Part shown: positions 12,106 to 25,695 of the stretch, one piece after another
Layout of the letters: each line of letters starts with the position of its first letter
Position numbering within the stretch: position 1 is the stretch's first letter
DNA from: Octopus vulgaris
Taxonomy: Eukaryota
NCBI GenBank assembly: GCA_951406725.2
Contig: OX597816.1
Coordinates: 179,986,001 to 180,050,000 of the forward strand
Length of the DNA stretch: 64,000 nt
Direction: 5' to 3'
Program-made: the position numbers and the translations under genes
Notes under the pieces: generated by a model
Databases searched by the model: none
Seen by the model: only the letters and a program-made list of their open reading frames with translations
Told to the model about the DNA's origin: nothing

Positions 12106-12462
12106 AGCATTTTCTTCCTTGACTTTTTTTACATAAATATATATATGATAAGGTTATGATCCGAAACGTGTCCACTTGAAGAGCCTTTGCTTACTGCAGC
12201 ACTTCAAAGTCAGTGTTATTAGACTGAAGTATGCATATGATTATTATTTGATTTTCTGAATAATTTCTAATTGGATATATCTTATATGTTTCTCCTACAT
12301 GTAGAATTTTGAAACTCCTATTAGCAAATTAAACGCGTGTAATAATGAATAAATAACAAAAAAATTCTAGTCTCGTGTTTTGACATCTCTTGCTCTCTCT
12401 CCTCTCTCTCCCTCTCCCCTCTCTCCTCTTTCTCCCTCCCACTCCTGTCTCTCTCCATATAT

Positions 12463-12564
<102 letters not shown>

Positions 12565-12731
12565 ATATTTCGGAATGGTCATATTATATATTATATATAT
12601 ATATAGGTGGTGCTATTAAGTTAGACATGACCTGGACCAATACTGGCCAAAACCTTTCTAAGTTATTCTAAGTTATATATATACATATAATTATACACAT
12701 GTATGTATGTATATATATATGTATGTGTATG

Positions 12732-12771
<40 letters not shown>

Positions 12772-12788
12772 AATATATATATAAGATA

Positions 12789-13190
12789 GGCGCAGGAGTG
12801 GCTGTGTGGTAAGCAGCTTGCTTACCAACCACATGGTCCCGGGTTCATTCCCACTGCGTGGCACCTTGGGCAAGTGTCTTCTGCTATAGCCTTATGAGTG
12901 GATTTGGTAGACGGAAACTGAAAGAAGCCCGTCGTATATATATGTATATATATATATGTATGTATGTGTATGTGTTTGTGGGACTGTGTTCGTCCCCCTA
13001 GCATTGCTTGACAACCGATGCTGGTGTGTTTACGTCCCCGTACCTTAGCGGTTCGGCAAAAGAGACCGATATGATAAGTACTAGGCTTCCAAAAAATAAG
13101 TCCTGGGGTCAATTTGCGTGACTAAAGCCGGTGCTCCATCATAGCCGCAGTCAAATGACTGAAACAAGTAAAAGAGAAAAAGAGAGTAAA
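12789..13190 (+). mobile_element. CORE-type tRNA SINE (octopus OR-like)
   Basis: Head ggcgcaggagtggctgtgtggtaag...gggttcattccc, CORE-like gcaccttgggcaagtgtctt, internal TA/TG tract, tail gcagtcaaatgactgaaacaagtaaaag. Confidence 0.9.
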
Positions 13191-13272
13191 GATAAATAAT
13201 GAGGGTAGAAATTAATATTATCAATTAATATTAATTAAAACCAGTGGCTAGCATGCTTAAAAAATGTCCGAG

Positions 13273-13306
<34 letters not shown>

Positions 13307-13422
13307 TGAGAGAGAATGGTGAAAGTGTGGGAAAGTGCGAGAAGGAAGTTTACTTTCTTTAAACGTGGTGTTGTCCTTCTGTAAAATTTCTTTTCGGGGC
13401 TATTTCATTTGCATACCCTCCA

Positions 13423-13484
<62 letters not shown>

Positions 13485-13486
<2 letters not shown>

Positions 13487-14780
13487 CCATAAGTTTTATA
13501 GAATATTTAATTGAAGAACGCTCAAGATCAGCTATTCTTGCTGCAAAAACTTCGCCTCTTCTATTAACCAACACAACATAATTGCGAATAACCATAGTGC
13601 CGATTCTTTTCCTAAGAATTGCAATTGCAAAGATGGGACCTCCTGTCCGTTGGAAGGAAAATATCTGTAGAAAGGAATTGTGTATGGAGCCAAAGTGCAG
13701 ATAGAAGGCTCGCACGAATATAGAACTTACACAGGGGCTTCTGAAAATCCTTTCAAGGTCCGATTTTATTCTCATAGAAATTCCTTCCGTTATCCCGAAA
13801 ATATGTATATGTGTAAGTAAGCGTGTATATTTTATACTTGTGCACATAAGTACATGGCTGTATATGTATGCATGTATATACATATATTTGTGTGGATCTG
13901 TATTTACGTGCATATTTCCATATATTTATATAGTGATCTTATATGTGTATTTATATACTAATATACACTTTTCTACATACATATATATGTAATTTTGTTT
14001 TGTGTACGTTTGTTACACGTGTTCCGTCACCCATCTTTCTTTCTTTCCTTACGCGAAGTATCCTTTCTCTCCCTATTCGTAACTTTGACAGCGTCCTTAA
14101 ACAATGCGTTCCCTTTCACCCCCTTACTTACCTCTTTCTTTCGCTAGCTGTTACTTTAGGATCCTTCTTTTCCTTTTTCTCCCCCCCCCCCTCCCCACGT
14201 TTAAGATATACTTTCCATCTATCATGTCTGTTATGACTGACTCCTATATGTATACACCAAGAGATTTCCGTACGCGGGCATCGTTGCGTGCATATGTGTA
14301 TATGTGTATTTGTGCGTATATTTATGTCTTACATATATATATATGCCTGTATATGTATGTAACTATATGCATGCATCTATGTATTCTGATGTATATATGT
14401 ATATTATAGATGGTCTAGTATGCGTATATACTGTTGTAAAATATTTATGTAATGCAGCGGGAAAATTTTTAATATAATGTATTATTTGACATATATTTCG
14501 TATATAATTATTTACAATATGTATTTTGAATCCACTCTTCGATTTAAGGTTTTCTTCGATTTTATAATAGGATGAATTTATACTGAATTCATTTATTTTG
14601 TTCATTGCATGCTTAAGACAGTTAATTGAAAGGATCAATGAAACAAATTTATTTTTAAAGGGGTTTTCTTTAACTAGTTTTGATTATATCGCTATTTCTG
14701 TTCTATTTTAACAAAACCTGTCCGACGAACGGAAACGTGAACCTTTAAGTAACAGCTTTTGTTATGTTTCTGCTGCTTTT
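13485..14780 (+). mobile_element. Penelope-like element fragment (CNC..CPL-type GIY-YIG) with 3' pLTR
   Basis: 13485-13803 encodes NHKFYRIFN*RTLKISYSCC...NCNCKDGTSCPLEGKYL*KGIVYGAKV...YTGASENPFKVRFYSHRNSFRY. Hammerhead-like motif at 14718-14755. Flanked by (TA)n. Confidence 0.8.
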
Positions 14781-14787
14781 AAATAAA

Positions 14788-14847
<60 letters not shown>

Positions 14848-14849
<2 letters not shown>

Positions 14850-15065
14850 AGATTTTACGGAAAAAAAACAAAGGACGAAGACAGGTGGTGTAGAAAACAA
14901 ACAGGTGTATTAGTATAACGCTAGGGAATTGAAAAGTCTTCAACGTTTCGTGGCTACGCTCTTCCACAGAAAAGGACACAAAAAGAAACAAGGAAAGAAA
15001 AAATGTGTAGTGGCTAGCGATCTATCATGGCGAATGCCAGACAGAAGGGTCACACAGCAGAGCTA
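14848..15065 (-). mobile_element. Short PLE-derived repeat (pLTR-like)
   Basis: Minus strand tgGAAGAgcgtagccacGAAACGTT. A similar module occurs at 46910-47120 at the end of a GIY-YIG element. Abuts (TA)n. Confidence 0.45.
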
Positions 15066-15104
15066 TGCATACATACATACATACATACACACACACACAT
15101 ATAT

Positions 15105-16374
15105 ATTGGGTCCCCGCGGTTTTTTTAAATTAAAATTTTTTTTAAGGTTTAATAAAAATAACAACTAGTTAATCAATAATGTATTTACCCTTGTTGTTTA
15201 CAACTTCTTCCCAACGTTCAATAAGATTTCCAATATCTTGTTGGTAGAAATCACCCGATTTCGACTCGAAAAATTGATCCAGCCAAGCTATCAATTCTCC
15301 ATCAGTATTGAACGAAACTCTGTGCATAGCATTTGAAAGAGATTGAAAGAGGTGGAAATCCGTTGGTGCCAAATCAGGAGAGTACAGTGAGTGTGGCAGC
15401 ACTTCCCAGCCATACGTTTGAATGGCTTCCTTGGTCATATTGGCGATATGAGGGTGGGCTTTGTCGTGCAGCAAAAGAACTCTATGCTGCCGATTAGGTC
15501 TTTTCTCTTGAATAGCCGTGTTGGGTCGTTTCATCTAATGAACAAAGAGTTCCGCGTTGACCGTTTGGTTCCCTTCAAGCAATTCGTAATGGATAATCCC
15601 TTCCCAGTCCCACCATACGCACAGTATCGTTTTACGCGGATGAAAATCTTGTTTCACGTGCAGTGTCGCTTGTTTACCGGGGCTAAGTCATTCCTTACGC
15701 TCCTTCATATTGATGTACAGGCACCATTTTTCGTCGCCAGTAACGATTCGGCAAAGAAATCGTTGCTTGTGTCATTGAGTTGAGCGCTGACGAGCAAGCA
15801 AATCACGGAGATTGTGGCCCGTTGATTTTTGTTGTTATCACTTAAAGCATGCGGAACCCATGCACCATACTTCTCAACCTTTCCCATTGATTGAAGATGC
15901 TTCTCTATAGCAGTGTGGGAGTATTCCATTTTCTCTGCCAGTTTCCATGTCGTTTGACGAGAATTTTCGTGCAAAAGTTGGTTTAATCGCTCTTCATCGA
16001 ACTCAACTGGACGGCCAGGATGAAGTGCGCCTCTAAGATCAAGATTTTCATGTTTGAACTTGGCAAACCAATCACGAGCGGTTCTTTCAGTTATGGTACC
16101 CTCTCCATACACAGCACAAATGTCGCGAGCAGCTTTTGCGGCCTTAAAACCTTGATTAAAAGCAAAAAGAAGGACGTGTCGAAAATGCTCGTTTGTCATT
16201 CCATTTAATGATCTGAAAATGAACAAAAATTAACTAAAATTAACTAGAAAAAAACAAAAAAGATTCCAAAATGATTCAAAAATAGAATTCTCGAGAAAAA
16301 TAGATTCCAAAATTTAAAAACGCAATAAATTCCTAAATTTTAAAAAACGGCGGGAACTTAGTTGCCAACCCAAT
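15105..16374 (-). mobile_element. Mariner (DD34D) transposon, near full length, frameshifted
   Basis: HTH region (HFRHVLLFAF...ARDICAVYGE...WFAKF), WVPHAL, LLHDKAHPH and YSPDLAPTDFHLF. TIR ATTGGGTTGGCAACTAAGTTCCCGCCG at the right end; the left copy has a 12-bp deletion. Confidence 0.93.
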
Positions 16375-16381
16375 GTATATG

Positions 16382-16415
<34 letters not shown>

Positions 16416-17044
16416 TGTATGTATGTATGTATGTATGTATGTATATATATATATAAAGAGAGAGAGAGAGTGAGTGAGACAGAGAGAGAGATATACATAC
16501 ATGCAGAGAAAGCAAACAAGGAAAGAACGTCACTGCTGCTATGTAAAGAAGTTGAAAGGGAGAGAGGGAGAGAGGGAGAGAGAGATAAAGTAGGAGAAAA
16601 TGTTGAAGAAAGAATAGCGAATGCGAGAAATGCTAAAATACATATGTTGGTATTAGAGGCAAATTGATACAACGAAAGACGTCTTTTCCTTAATATGTTT
16701 CTAACAATTTGTTAACAGCTTTACATATATTTGATTTTTTTTTCTCCTATAGCCTGTTCTGTTTCCCTCTCTGTAGTTAAATACCCTCCTACATTTTCGT
16801 TTTCTTTGCGCACCTCCTTATTCCCTCTCCATTTTATAATATACTAAGATTATTTCCGTTCCTCCCTTTCGCTATGTCTTACTTTCTTACTTTGTGTATT
16901 TTTCAGACAAATCCGTTTGAACTGAAATTTTAGCAAAGGAAAACTCCGCGTCTAAGTAAATGTCTAAACCAATTATACGTTCCTCCTCTTCTTACTTTCC
17001 TTATCTCCGTGTGTGTTTAAGTATATTTGTATCTATGCATGTAC

Positions 17045-17095
<51 letters not shown>

Positions 17096-17121
17096 CATAC
17101 ATGCACATACATAATTATCTA

Positions 17122-17175
<54 letters not shown>

Positions 17176-17185
17176 CATATATATA

Positions 17186-17295
17186 TAGGGTGCGACGGGT
17201 AAATTGTCGCCATTTTATAGTTTTAACTTCGCACACGACTCTGCACCATGCCACACAAGCAAGAGAACCTAGTTATGGCTATCAGACAATTTCAA
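17186..17295 (+). mobile_element. Tc1/mariner (maT-like) small fragment
   Basis: TIR-like tagggtgcgacgggtaaattgtcgccatttt joined to DSAPCHTSKRT*LWLSDNF. Confidence 0.55.
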
Positions 17296-17317
17296 TATAT
17301 ATATATATATATATATA

Positions 17318-17495
17318 TAAGCAGCAGAAAATATAACAAAAGCTGTTACTCAGAGTTTCACGTTCCCGTTAATCGGACAGTTTTGTTAAAATAGAACCGA
17401 TATAAGGATACGATCAAAACTAGTTAAAGGATACACCTTTAAAAATGGATTTGCTTCATTGATCCTTTGAATTAACGCTCTTAAGCATAAAACCT
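17318..17495 (-). mobile_element. PLE pLTR fragment homologous to 14610-14780, with hammerhead-like motif at 17343-17380
   Basis: Inverted homology to 14610-14780; ctgt-CCGATTA-acgggaacgt-GAAA-ctctgag-TA-acag. Confidence 0.7.
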
Positions 17496-17522
17496 TGTTT
17501 CATATTTATGTGCTTACTCCGG

Positions 17523-17562
<40 letters not shown>

Positions 17563-17575
17563 CATACATATACAC

Positions 17576-17681
<106 letters not shown>

Positions 17682-17730
17682 TATATATGAATATGTGTTT
17701 GTATGTATGTATGTATATATATATAGATAC

Positions 17731-17761
<31 letters not shown>

Positions 17762-18169
17762 CATATACATACAAATATATGCTTTTATGCATCTGCCTAC
17801 GTGTTTATGTGTCTGTGTCTGTGTTTACATTTATTTCTCTTATTCTACCTTTGTCGTTGTATCTTTTCTCTTTTATCCATACACACACACACACACACAC
17901 ACTCACTCCCATCCTATACACGCATACACTAGCACATACACAACATTTCTTTGATAAGATTGACACGTCAGTCAACTGAACAGCTTTCATGTGTGATGTC
18001 TTCGGCAAATATGCATGGTTAAGTGGGACAATAGAATAAAGAATAGCACTATCCTGGATATGTGTGGAATACCCAGTATAGAAGCATTCCTAATCGAGTC
18101 TCAGATGCGATCCTTTGCATAATAATGGTCATATACCAAAACAAATCACTTATTCGTGCGCAGTGAGAG

Positions 18170-18969
18170 CTTGCAGTGACGTTCATGAGGCACTGTGCCG
18201 AGTGACATCTCTGTTTACTTCGCTAGTTGTGAAATATGTGCTTTTATGATCACGTGTACCCTGTAGTCTGTGATTTTGTCATGGACAAAAAGTTGGAACA
18301 AAGACCCAACGTGAAATTTCGTGTTAAACTTGGGAAGTGTAATACAGAGACATGGATCATGTTTACAACGATGAGGCAATGTGTCATACGCCATACTTCG
18401 AGCGGCACAGGCACTTCGAAAACGTTATAACGTTCCTGGAAGACAATGAGCAACCTGGAAGACCTGCCTCGAGTGTCAACTCTGGTAATGTAGTATTGTG
18501 CATCGAGAATTCATCCCCTTCCAAGGCCAGACAGCAAATCGAGAGTTCTACTATGTTCTAATATGTGGAGCGCGAAGAATTGGTTTCTTTACGACGACGA
18601 AACACTCTGTCAACGAGTTCTCCTCACTCGTGAGTTTCTCGCCAAAAACAACATGCTATCGCTTCCACGCCCGCCCTATTCGTCAGCGTTAGCACCTGCG
18701 GACTTCCAACACTTTTCCAAGATAAAAATGCAGCTGAAAGGTCGCCGTTTTAACATCATTGCCAAGATCCAGAGCGAATTGCAGAAGGTCCTCGTCTCGC
18801 TTACAGAAAACGAATTCCAGGCGAATTCTAAAAGTGACAGGTATACTGAGGCCGGTGTATTGCTGCGCAAGGTGACTACTTCGAAGGAGATGATGTTAAA
18901 ATTTAGGTAAATAAGTCATTTTCTTTATTAAACATAACTAGTCTGGGAACCTATTGATACCACTTCGTA
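18170..18969 (+). mobile_element. Mariner relic, internally deleted
   Basis: MDKKLEQRPNVKFRVKLGK, LEDNEQPGRP, LPRPPYSSALAPADF and LKGRRF; 3' TIR ...gggaacctattgataccacttcgta. Confidence 0.85.
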
Positions 18970-19299
18970 ATATTTGTGTAGCTTTGTTCAACAAGAAATT
19001 GCCGAATCGTCTTTTTCAAGCAGAAGAATAAAGCCTCTCTCTCCACCATCACTATTGCCACCACATCATTCTACAGCTTCTACACTCCCACCAACCCATT
19101 ACAGTCACTCCCACCTCTTCCATTGGACCAATGTCGATACGTCGCTAGCACACGATGTCACCCCCCGCCACGCCACGAACCCCGTCGTCACTGTACTTTG
19201 CCCACCACTATGCCATCACTAGATGATACCATGCACCGTACTGCCATACCATCGTATGTCACCATTATTACCAAACGCCCACATCAATCGAGTACATCG

Positions 19300-19690
19300 T
19301 ACGACACCACCACCACCACCACCAACATCATTATTATCATCATCGTCGTCGTCAACGTCATCATCATCATCGTCATCGTCATTATTATCCTTCATCATCA
19401 TCACCACCATCATCATATCATCACCGTCACCGTTGTCGTCATCACCACCACCACCACCACCACCGCCGCCGCCGCCACCACCTTCATCGTCGTCATCATC
19501 GTCATCATCATCATCATCGTCATCATCATCATCATCATCGTCATCGTCATCATCATCATCGTCATCATCGTGTCGTCGTCGTCATCATCGTCATCATCAT
19601 CATCATCGTCATCATCGTCATCATCGTCATCATCGTCATCATCATCATCATCGTCGTCGTCGTCGTCATCATCAACAACAACAACAACCA
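19300..19690. repeat. Compound (CAT/CGT/CAC/CGC)n trinucleotide tract
   Basis: Direct reading. Confidence 0.95.
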
Positions 19691-19959
19691 ACTGCGAATG
19701 CTGTTCTACAGTAGTAGTCCACTGTATGTAGTATTAGTAATGTTGGAAGTATGTACGGCGGAGATTTGTAGAAATGAGTGTTATTAGAAGCTAATTAGTA
19801 CCCAAATAAGAGGCGAGTAAATGACAGTATACAGATGGCTTATGATACCGCATCATTTCATCTAGATAATAGAATTTCAGAGAGGACACTCTCTCGTTTA
19901 TACAGCCTTCATACAAACTGCTTGCTTTCTATAGCAGAAGCGTGTTCTGGTTGCCTTCC

Positions 19960-19973
19960 GTTGCCATGGTGAT
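19960..19973. promoter_or_regulatory. Imperfect RFX X-box (GTTGCCATGGTGAT)
   Basis: Perfect left half-site and imperfect right half, in a unique island between microsatellites. Confidence 0.3.
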
Positions 19974-20247
19974 CGGTAAATTCTCTGCTAACGTCCAACA
20001 TGTTTTTATGTTAGTAGTTTCTCTGAGATCGGTATATAATTTTTGTTTGTTTTGGGGTTTTTTTTTTTTTCGTTTTTTTGTTATTTTATTTCGGAGAGGT
20101 GGACGTCAACGATGGTGATGATGATGATGAGGAGGAGGAGGAGGATGATGATGGTGATGATGATGGCAATGTCGTTTTGTGTTACTGATCGTGGTGCTGT
20201 TCATGATGCTGATAGTGCTGATTTTGTTGTTGTTGTTGTTGTTGTAA

Positions 20248-20279
<32 letters not shown>

Positions 20280-20334
20280 GTTTCAATGGTCTTGTGGTTT
20301 CGACGATGGCTTTGTTGTATATGTATTTGTTGTG

Positions 20335-20930
20335 GTTGTTTGGCTTCAGGTCAACCCTAATCGAGCAGATCTATGTTCGAAGTCTTTCTAGCCGTGACCT
20401 TCCCATATTTTTAGAGTTGCCTAAGGATACACAATCTAAGATGTGCTTCCCTTTTTAAAGAGAAGTACGAAATGTAGAAACTCCCCTATTAATTTCGTTA
20501 TTGTTGTTTAACCACAGGTTAGCCTTATTCGAGCAGATCTATAATCAAAACGTTCCACCCGTACCAATCCTGACGTTCTCTATATATGTATGACTACTGT
20601 ATCTAATATACACTTCCTTTTGTAAGATAGTAGAATATGATTTAACGGATATTTGGTTACAATTTCAACAAGGCAAGCTACCTTTTTTATTGTTGTTGGG
20701 AGTGATGGTCTTCGCCGGAACGGTGTTTGCAATAGGTAATAGTGTAGATATCGTTGTGGTTGATGTTGATAATGTTAGTTTTCTGCAGCTGAACCTCGAT
20801 TTAGCAAATCTGTGATCAAAAGCATTCTGGCGTTGACATAACACCCCGTCTTTTATTGAGGTGACACATCTGTCATCTTTTAAAGTAGGTAGAGTAATTT
20901 TGACTGCAATTTCTAGCAGATCAAGGAAAT
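20335..20930 (+). repeat. Three tandem decayed copies of an interspersed repeat
   Basis: Recurring caggtcaaccctaatcgagcagatctatg / caggttagccttattcgagcagatctataatcaaaa / tttagcaaatctgtgatcaaaa. Related pieces at ~22560-22770 (-), 39100-39280 (-) and 46280-46560. Confidence 0.6.
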
Positions 20931-21744
20931 GCAATATGCTGGAAAGGCAATATGGATAACAATGAGAGGAAAGCCGAGTTAATTTGGAGTGATAATAGCA
21001 GTGGAGGCTGTCTAGGTTGGTTATGTGTTATTGGTGGGGTTGGGGAAGGCGTATAGTTATGTATGTGGTGATAGTGGCGGGCATGTAGTTTAGGCTATGG
21101 TGGCTGGCAGCTGTTTAGTTGTGTATGTAGCTGTGGTGATGAAGTTGCTTTCGTAGTAGGGGTGGTTGCGGAAACTATGTAGCTGTATTCATAGTATTTG
21201 CGATGATGGTAGTATCTGCGCAGTTGTGTTTTTGGTGGTGGTGGTGGTGGTGGTGGTGGTGGTAGTAGTAGTGGTGTTGATGGTGATATAACTGTAATTA
21301 CATGACAAATGAGATTATGCGATACGAGATAAACAACTTTCTACAGAAATCGTATGAAAATAAAACCGATGAAAATATCTCAAAATATATTTAAGGCTTC
21401 CTAAGTGGTGAACAAATTTACAATGGCTGTAAAATTCATAATATTTCCCATTGGCAAATCATTTTAAATAGAGGGAATATGACAAGTAATCGAACCTCTT
21501 CACTAATTCGGTTTGTCGAGTTCTATTAATATTTTTAAAGAATCTCACTGAGACATGGCATTAGTAGAAAAACGGTGTTGCTAATTTAATATAGTGGAAA
21601 TGCCTTTATTGAAAGTAGAAGAATAAAAAGGAAAGTTGGGTCTAGTAGGATTTGAATAAGAGAGGTGAGATTAAATACTGTAAGGCATTTAGTTCGATGC
21701 TCTGCTATTTGATCCACGAAATGTTCCTGTCCTTCTTTAATATA

Positions 21745-21960
21745 AACCTTTCTACTAAAGGCACAAGGCCGGAAATTTTGGGTGAGGAGACTAGACGATT
21801 ACGTCGAACCCCAACGTTTCACTGGTACTTAATTTGTCGACTCCGAAAGGATGAAAGACAAAGTCGACTTCGATGGAATTTGAACTCAGAACGTAAAGAC
21901 GGACGAAATGCTGCTGAGCACTTTGTCCGGTGTGCTAACGATTCTGCCAGCTCGTTGCTG
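21745..21960 (-). mobile_element. Nin-domain tRNA SINE (tail variant ggccttgtgcctttagtagaaagg)
   Basis: gagctggcagaatcgttagcac...gagttcaaattc...gtcgactttgtctttcatcctttcggagtcgac...agtaccag. Confidence 0.85.
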
Positions 21961-23842
21961 GCAGAATCAATTTGCTAATATAAAACAATGTAGTCTTTTA
22001 ATTGCGGATATTTGTGATGCTGGTGGCTAAACTCTTGAAAAGTGCTGGGCAAAATACTTTCCATTATTTAGTTATGTCCCCTTTTTTTATATTCGAAGTT
22101 AAAATTTTACTGGGTTTGATATTATCTTGATAAAATTGATAAAATATGTATCAGTCCTATACTGAGGTCGATTAAATAAATTACACCTGTTATGTCAATG
22201 TCAGAAGACAATAATGAAGTGCAAAGGGCATTATACAATCAGTAAGCTTCTTGTGATAAAGTTGCAGCAAAACTAAAATCGGTAACTCCTAGAAAAGTCA
22301 TGAACATTTCTCTTTCCATTCCTTCACATTTAAAATAGAGAAGTGCGCCAAGTGAAAATTAATATTTGGAGAGTTAATGTTTTGTGGTAGTCAAGTGAGC
22401 CGTATTGCAATGTGAGGTGAGCGTGAGGGTAGTTGGGTTTGCGACACGATTTTAATTTATGTATGCAGTTATTTCAGCATTGAGAAAATTTTCACTTTTT
22501 TTCCCGACCGCTATCTCGAGGTTTTAAGTAATAAATCAATAGGTGATTGATTAGAGTAAGACCAGTTAGCGAGGACAAACGAATCTTTTGATTTATCAGA
22601 AGTAGCCGTCAAATCCCCTTCTAGCCTGCCGTCTTAAGTTAGGAAGAACACGCTGGGTAATGTAATCTGGCATGTACAAGAATACGGAATGGTCACAACT
22701 GGAATATCTTTTTGACCATAAGTCTGTTCGTAGAGGGCTGAATTTGAGCTGGATAACAGTTATGGCAAGAGTGTTCTTTTCAGAGACTAGCATGACTATT
22801 GTATTGGATTAAATATTTCAAATATTTTAGTGTAAAGAGGCTGATATACAAACAGCCTTCGACATACAGTAAAGATCTGATGGAAATCTAGTGATAACAG
22901 AATATTTAACTTCAGAAACAAAAGCGGATAGAGACAAGCCCCCAACATTTCTAAAATATGTATAATGTAGTTTAAAATATAGATATGAATTATAAATGTA
23001 TTTATCAAAGCTGGGCTTAATATGAATAGCACCCAAAACTTAACTTTTACCGCAGACGTTCAGAGTTGGAATTATACAACATTGAAATTCTGCCTCGAGA
23101 CCAATATCCTAAGATGTATTAAGAGTTGACCTAAGTAATAATTATAATAGTTTTGTATCAAATAACTAACCTCATGCGAGCTTTTACTTTAAGTGAGTCT
23201 AGACAAATTATAATTTTCCTCAGAAAATTGAAATTGTCTTCTCGTCACATCACACAAATATATTTCATAAATACAACTCTGTCTTTCCACTTATATCAAT
23301 AAATTATCAAACAAGAAACTTGTAGCACATATAAAAAGGAAGAAAATACTGCATGCTGGACATTGCTCAAAATGTCCGATAATATAGAAATGCTTAGAAG
23401 TGTAACATGATAAATATTGACAGACCACAAAACACTGACATTGTTGAAGATATCTTAAAGCATTTCACTGATAAACATTCTTCGTTAAAACTGACATCAT
23501 CACTATAAATATGAGAGAGCTCATATATAGTATTATATCTTAAATGTCTTAACAAACGATAGAGAATGATTTTTTTTTTCTTTAATGACCAAGATGAATT
23601 GGCAAAGTCGTTAGAGCGTCAGACACGAGTGCCATGCTGTAGTTTTTTTGGCTTTCTACGTTTTTTCGGCTTTCTGCGTTTTGTATTCAAATCACACTGA
23701 GGTCGACTTCCGAAGTTGATAAAATACCATTTTTGAGCGATGGTTCACAACAATTGTTAGCATGATGGATCAAAGGTATTGCGTTATCTGTTCCAGCTCT
23801 TTGCGTTCCGACTTCAACAATTCCACTAAATCCTATCAATAT

Positions 23843-24217
23843 TGTTTCAGTCATTTGACTGCGGCCATGCTAGAGCACCGTCTTCAGTCGAGCAAGTCGA
23901 CCGCAGGACTTATTCTTTGTAAGCCTAGTACTTATTCTATCGGTCTCTTTTGCCGAACCGCTAAGTTATGGGGACGTAAACACACCAGCATCAGTTCTCA
24001 AGCAATGTTGGGGGGGGGGGACAAATACATACACACAAACACATATATATACATATATACGACGGGATTTTTTCAGTTTCTATCTACCAAATCCACTCAC
24101 AAGGCTTTGGTCGGCCCGAGGCCATAGTAGAAAGCACTTGCCCAAGGTGCCACGCAGTGGGACTGAACCCGGAACCATGTGGTTGGTAAGCAAGCTACTT
24201 ACCACACAGCCACTTCT
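23843..24217 (-). mobile_element. CORE-type tRNA SINE
   Basis: Reverse complement of the family consensus seen at 29986-30381. Confidence 0.9.
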
Positions 24218-25304
24218 ATTGTGAAGCATTGTCACTGAGTGCAATATAAACAAAAGTTACTAATGATACTCCAGTGAGCTCACAAAGACTAATGTGGCGT
24301 GAGTTCACGAGGGATTTATGAATTTAGAAGGTGCAGAAAAAATTACCCTAATAGTTTCTTAGGAGTTAAAAAGACTGTATATGAAAATAAAATACTTCAA
24401 TATAAAGTAAAATATAACTGTTCTGTATTTAGTTAAAGTATATAACACTATGGCTGCATATCTGTTTTCAATTGGTATTGTTGTATGCGACATTTTAGTG
24501 AAGTGACAGAAACCGCAGTGATTCAGACTAAATGTTAAATTCTACGAAATCAATTTCGTTCACATTCACTTCTTCAAGACCGACCCATAAGTTAAGTACC
24601 AATGAAACATCACCAGTTGTCTTAAAGTGTATAACGCTATCAATTCTGTTGCAAGCATCCGTGCCAGATCTCCTGCCGCCCGAGAACAACTTCTACCTTT
24701 CCTCGACAATAAGAAACACCGAAATGTGTGCTCCCCTTTTTTCTTCTCTGACTAGGCCAGTAAAACAATTGATTCTGTTACTCCCTCATATTAGCCTGCA
24801 ACAAACAGACATAAACAGAAACGATAACAAAGCGGATTATCCTGCAAGTGATCAATGCCTGTTTGAGTGTCGTCAATGACTTTGGCCGTTCCTATCTTTC
24901 CCTTAAGTGCTTATTATGTTTAATAATGACTAATAGTATGTTTGTTTGTACTTTTTATCATTAAAATCTCTTTTCGCTTTATTTTGAGTTCAAATCCTGC
25001 TAACTTCATGGAATTTAGTAAGTGTGTTAAGTGACTACAACTCTTATCGCAAATAGCATATTGTGATTCACATACACGCCATTATTATATATTTGTCATA
25101 AGCTAACCCCATATAACTAGACGTTCGCGTGTACTTGAAGATAAACTTGGTTTTGATAGAGTTAGAACTAGCATTAATGCATTCCGAAAATCACGGATTA
25201 ATGGAAAAAGTAATGTTTTAAAATAGCGTATACAATATTATGGTCACGTGTCAGGATTGAAGAACATCAAGACTGTCTATAGAGGACTGAAATAAATTAT
25301 GGAG

Positions 25305-25631
25305 ATATATGTAAGTATGTATGTATGTATGTATGTATGTATGTATGTATGTATGTATGTATGTATGTATGTATGTATGTATGTATGTATGTATGTATGT
25401 ATGTATGTATGTATGTATGTATGTATGTATGTATGTATGTATGTATGTATGTATGTATGTATGTATGTATGTATATATGTATGTATGTATGTATGTATAT
25501 GTAAGTATGTATGTATGTATGTATGCATGTATGTATGTATGTATGCATGTATGTATGTATGTATGCATATATGTATGTATGTATGTGTATGTGTGTATGT
25601 GTGTATGTGTGTATGTATGTTTGTATGTATG

Positions 25632-25665
<34 letters not shown>

Positions 25666-25695
25666 TGTATGTATGTATGTATGTATGTATGTATG
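25305..25695. repeat. (ATGT)n microsatellite
   Basis: Direct reading. Confidence 0.98.

Noticed and set aside
24590-24800. Good minus-strand splice acceptor (tgtttgttgcag|G at 24795)
   Set aside because: Stops in all three frames right after it and no convincing donor; a UTR exon cannot be supported without RNA data.
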